Source: Amoebophrya sp. A120
Taxonomy: Eukaryota > Protista > Dinoflagellata
Assembly: GCA_905178155.1 (NCBI GenBank)
Contig: CAJINV010000100.1
Coordinates: 1 to 7,478 of the forward strand
DNA length: 7,478 nt
Reading direction: 5' to 3'
Below the pieces are notes generated by a model, which worked only from the letters and a program-made list of their open reading frames with translations, was not told the origin of the DNA and searched no databases. Of this stretch, positions 7,152 through 7,478 are shown in pieces. Positions within the stretch are counted from its first letter, which is position 1; every line of letters starts with the position of its first letter. The position numbers and the translations under genes are program-made.

Positions 7152-7398
7152 TATCAAATGCAAATATGTCTGGTTCTGGAAGGGTGTAAGTTGTAATGCT
7201 GCATTTGGATTCCAAAAAAAATCTGTGTTGCAGGAATAGCAAAAGGGGTGCGTTTTTTGCCACGCGGAGGGAGTATTTCTCATGCAGTATGGGCATCAGA
7301 AAGCCGTCACAATATCTGTGACGCTAGGGCATGCATCACAGACATCGCCGGTGATACAAAATGTGCATGACAAACTTCCAGACCCAGACATGTTTGCA
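7152..7398. mobile_element. Family A TIR introner, orientation F, right TIR lacking its last ~7 nt and the second TSD (ACCTT)
   Basis: Left TIR is intact; right TIR TTCCAGACCCAGACATGTTTGCA runs into unrelated sequence AGGTCAGTT. Confidence 0.82.
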
Positions 7399-7478
7399 AG
7401 GTCAGTTCAAATTTCAGTACATAGTTCCTCTCATGCTCCATGTCATAAATGCTTCCCGATAAATCGATGATCTAGTAG

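Noticed and set aside
1-7398. CRISPR array or REP-like interpretation of the repeated TTCCAGACCCAGACATATTTGCA unit
   Set aside because: The copies are inverted pairs about 250 bp apart with TSDs and irregular spacing, not direct repeats with uniform spacers, and no cas genes are present.

Overview
This is eukaryotic genomic DNA, not a prokaryotic operon. The window holds one + strand, multi-exon gene for an OvoA-family 5-histidylcysteine sulfoxide synthase (ovothiol/thiohistidine biosynthesis). Its domains are a DinB-like domain with the HX3HXE iron motif, an FGE-sulfatase-like domain and a divergent C-terminal SAM-methyltransferase domain, and there may be an N-terminal PLP lyase fusion. The gene is interrupted by 16 MITE-like elements (14 complete, 172-321 bp; 2 incomplete) from about five families. 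Complete elements mostly have TATC...GATA terminal inverted repeats (TIRs) and 5-bp target-site duplications (TSDs). Removing each element plus one TSD copy, and one ordinary GT-AG intron, gives an uninterrupted 3117-nt (1039-codon) reading frame from 31 to 7151. No register within the TSDs gives GT/GC-AG ends, so the elements behave as non-canonical transposon-derived introns (introners). They occur in both orientations and share an internal TGTNWTGC motif. This resembles what I recall being described for Amoebophrya-type (syndinian dinoflagellate) genomes; the taxon is an inference. Most ORFs in the supplied track are exon/element read-through or antisense artefacts. Both ends of the gene are unresolved in the window.
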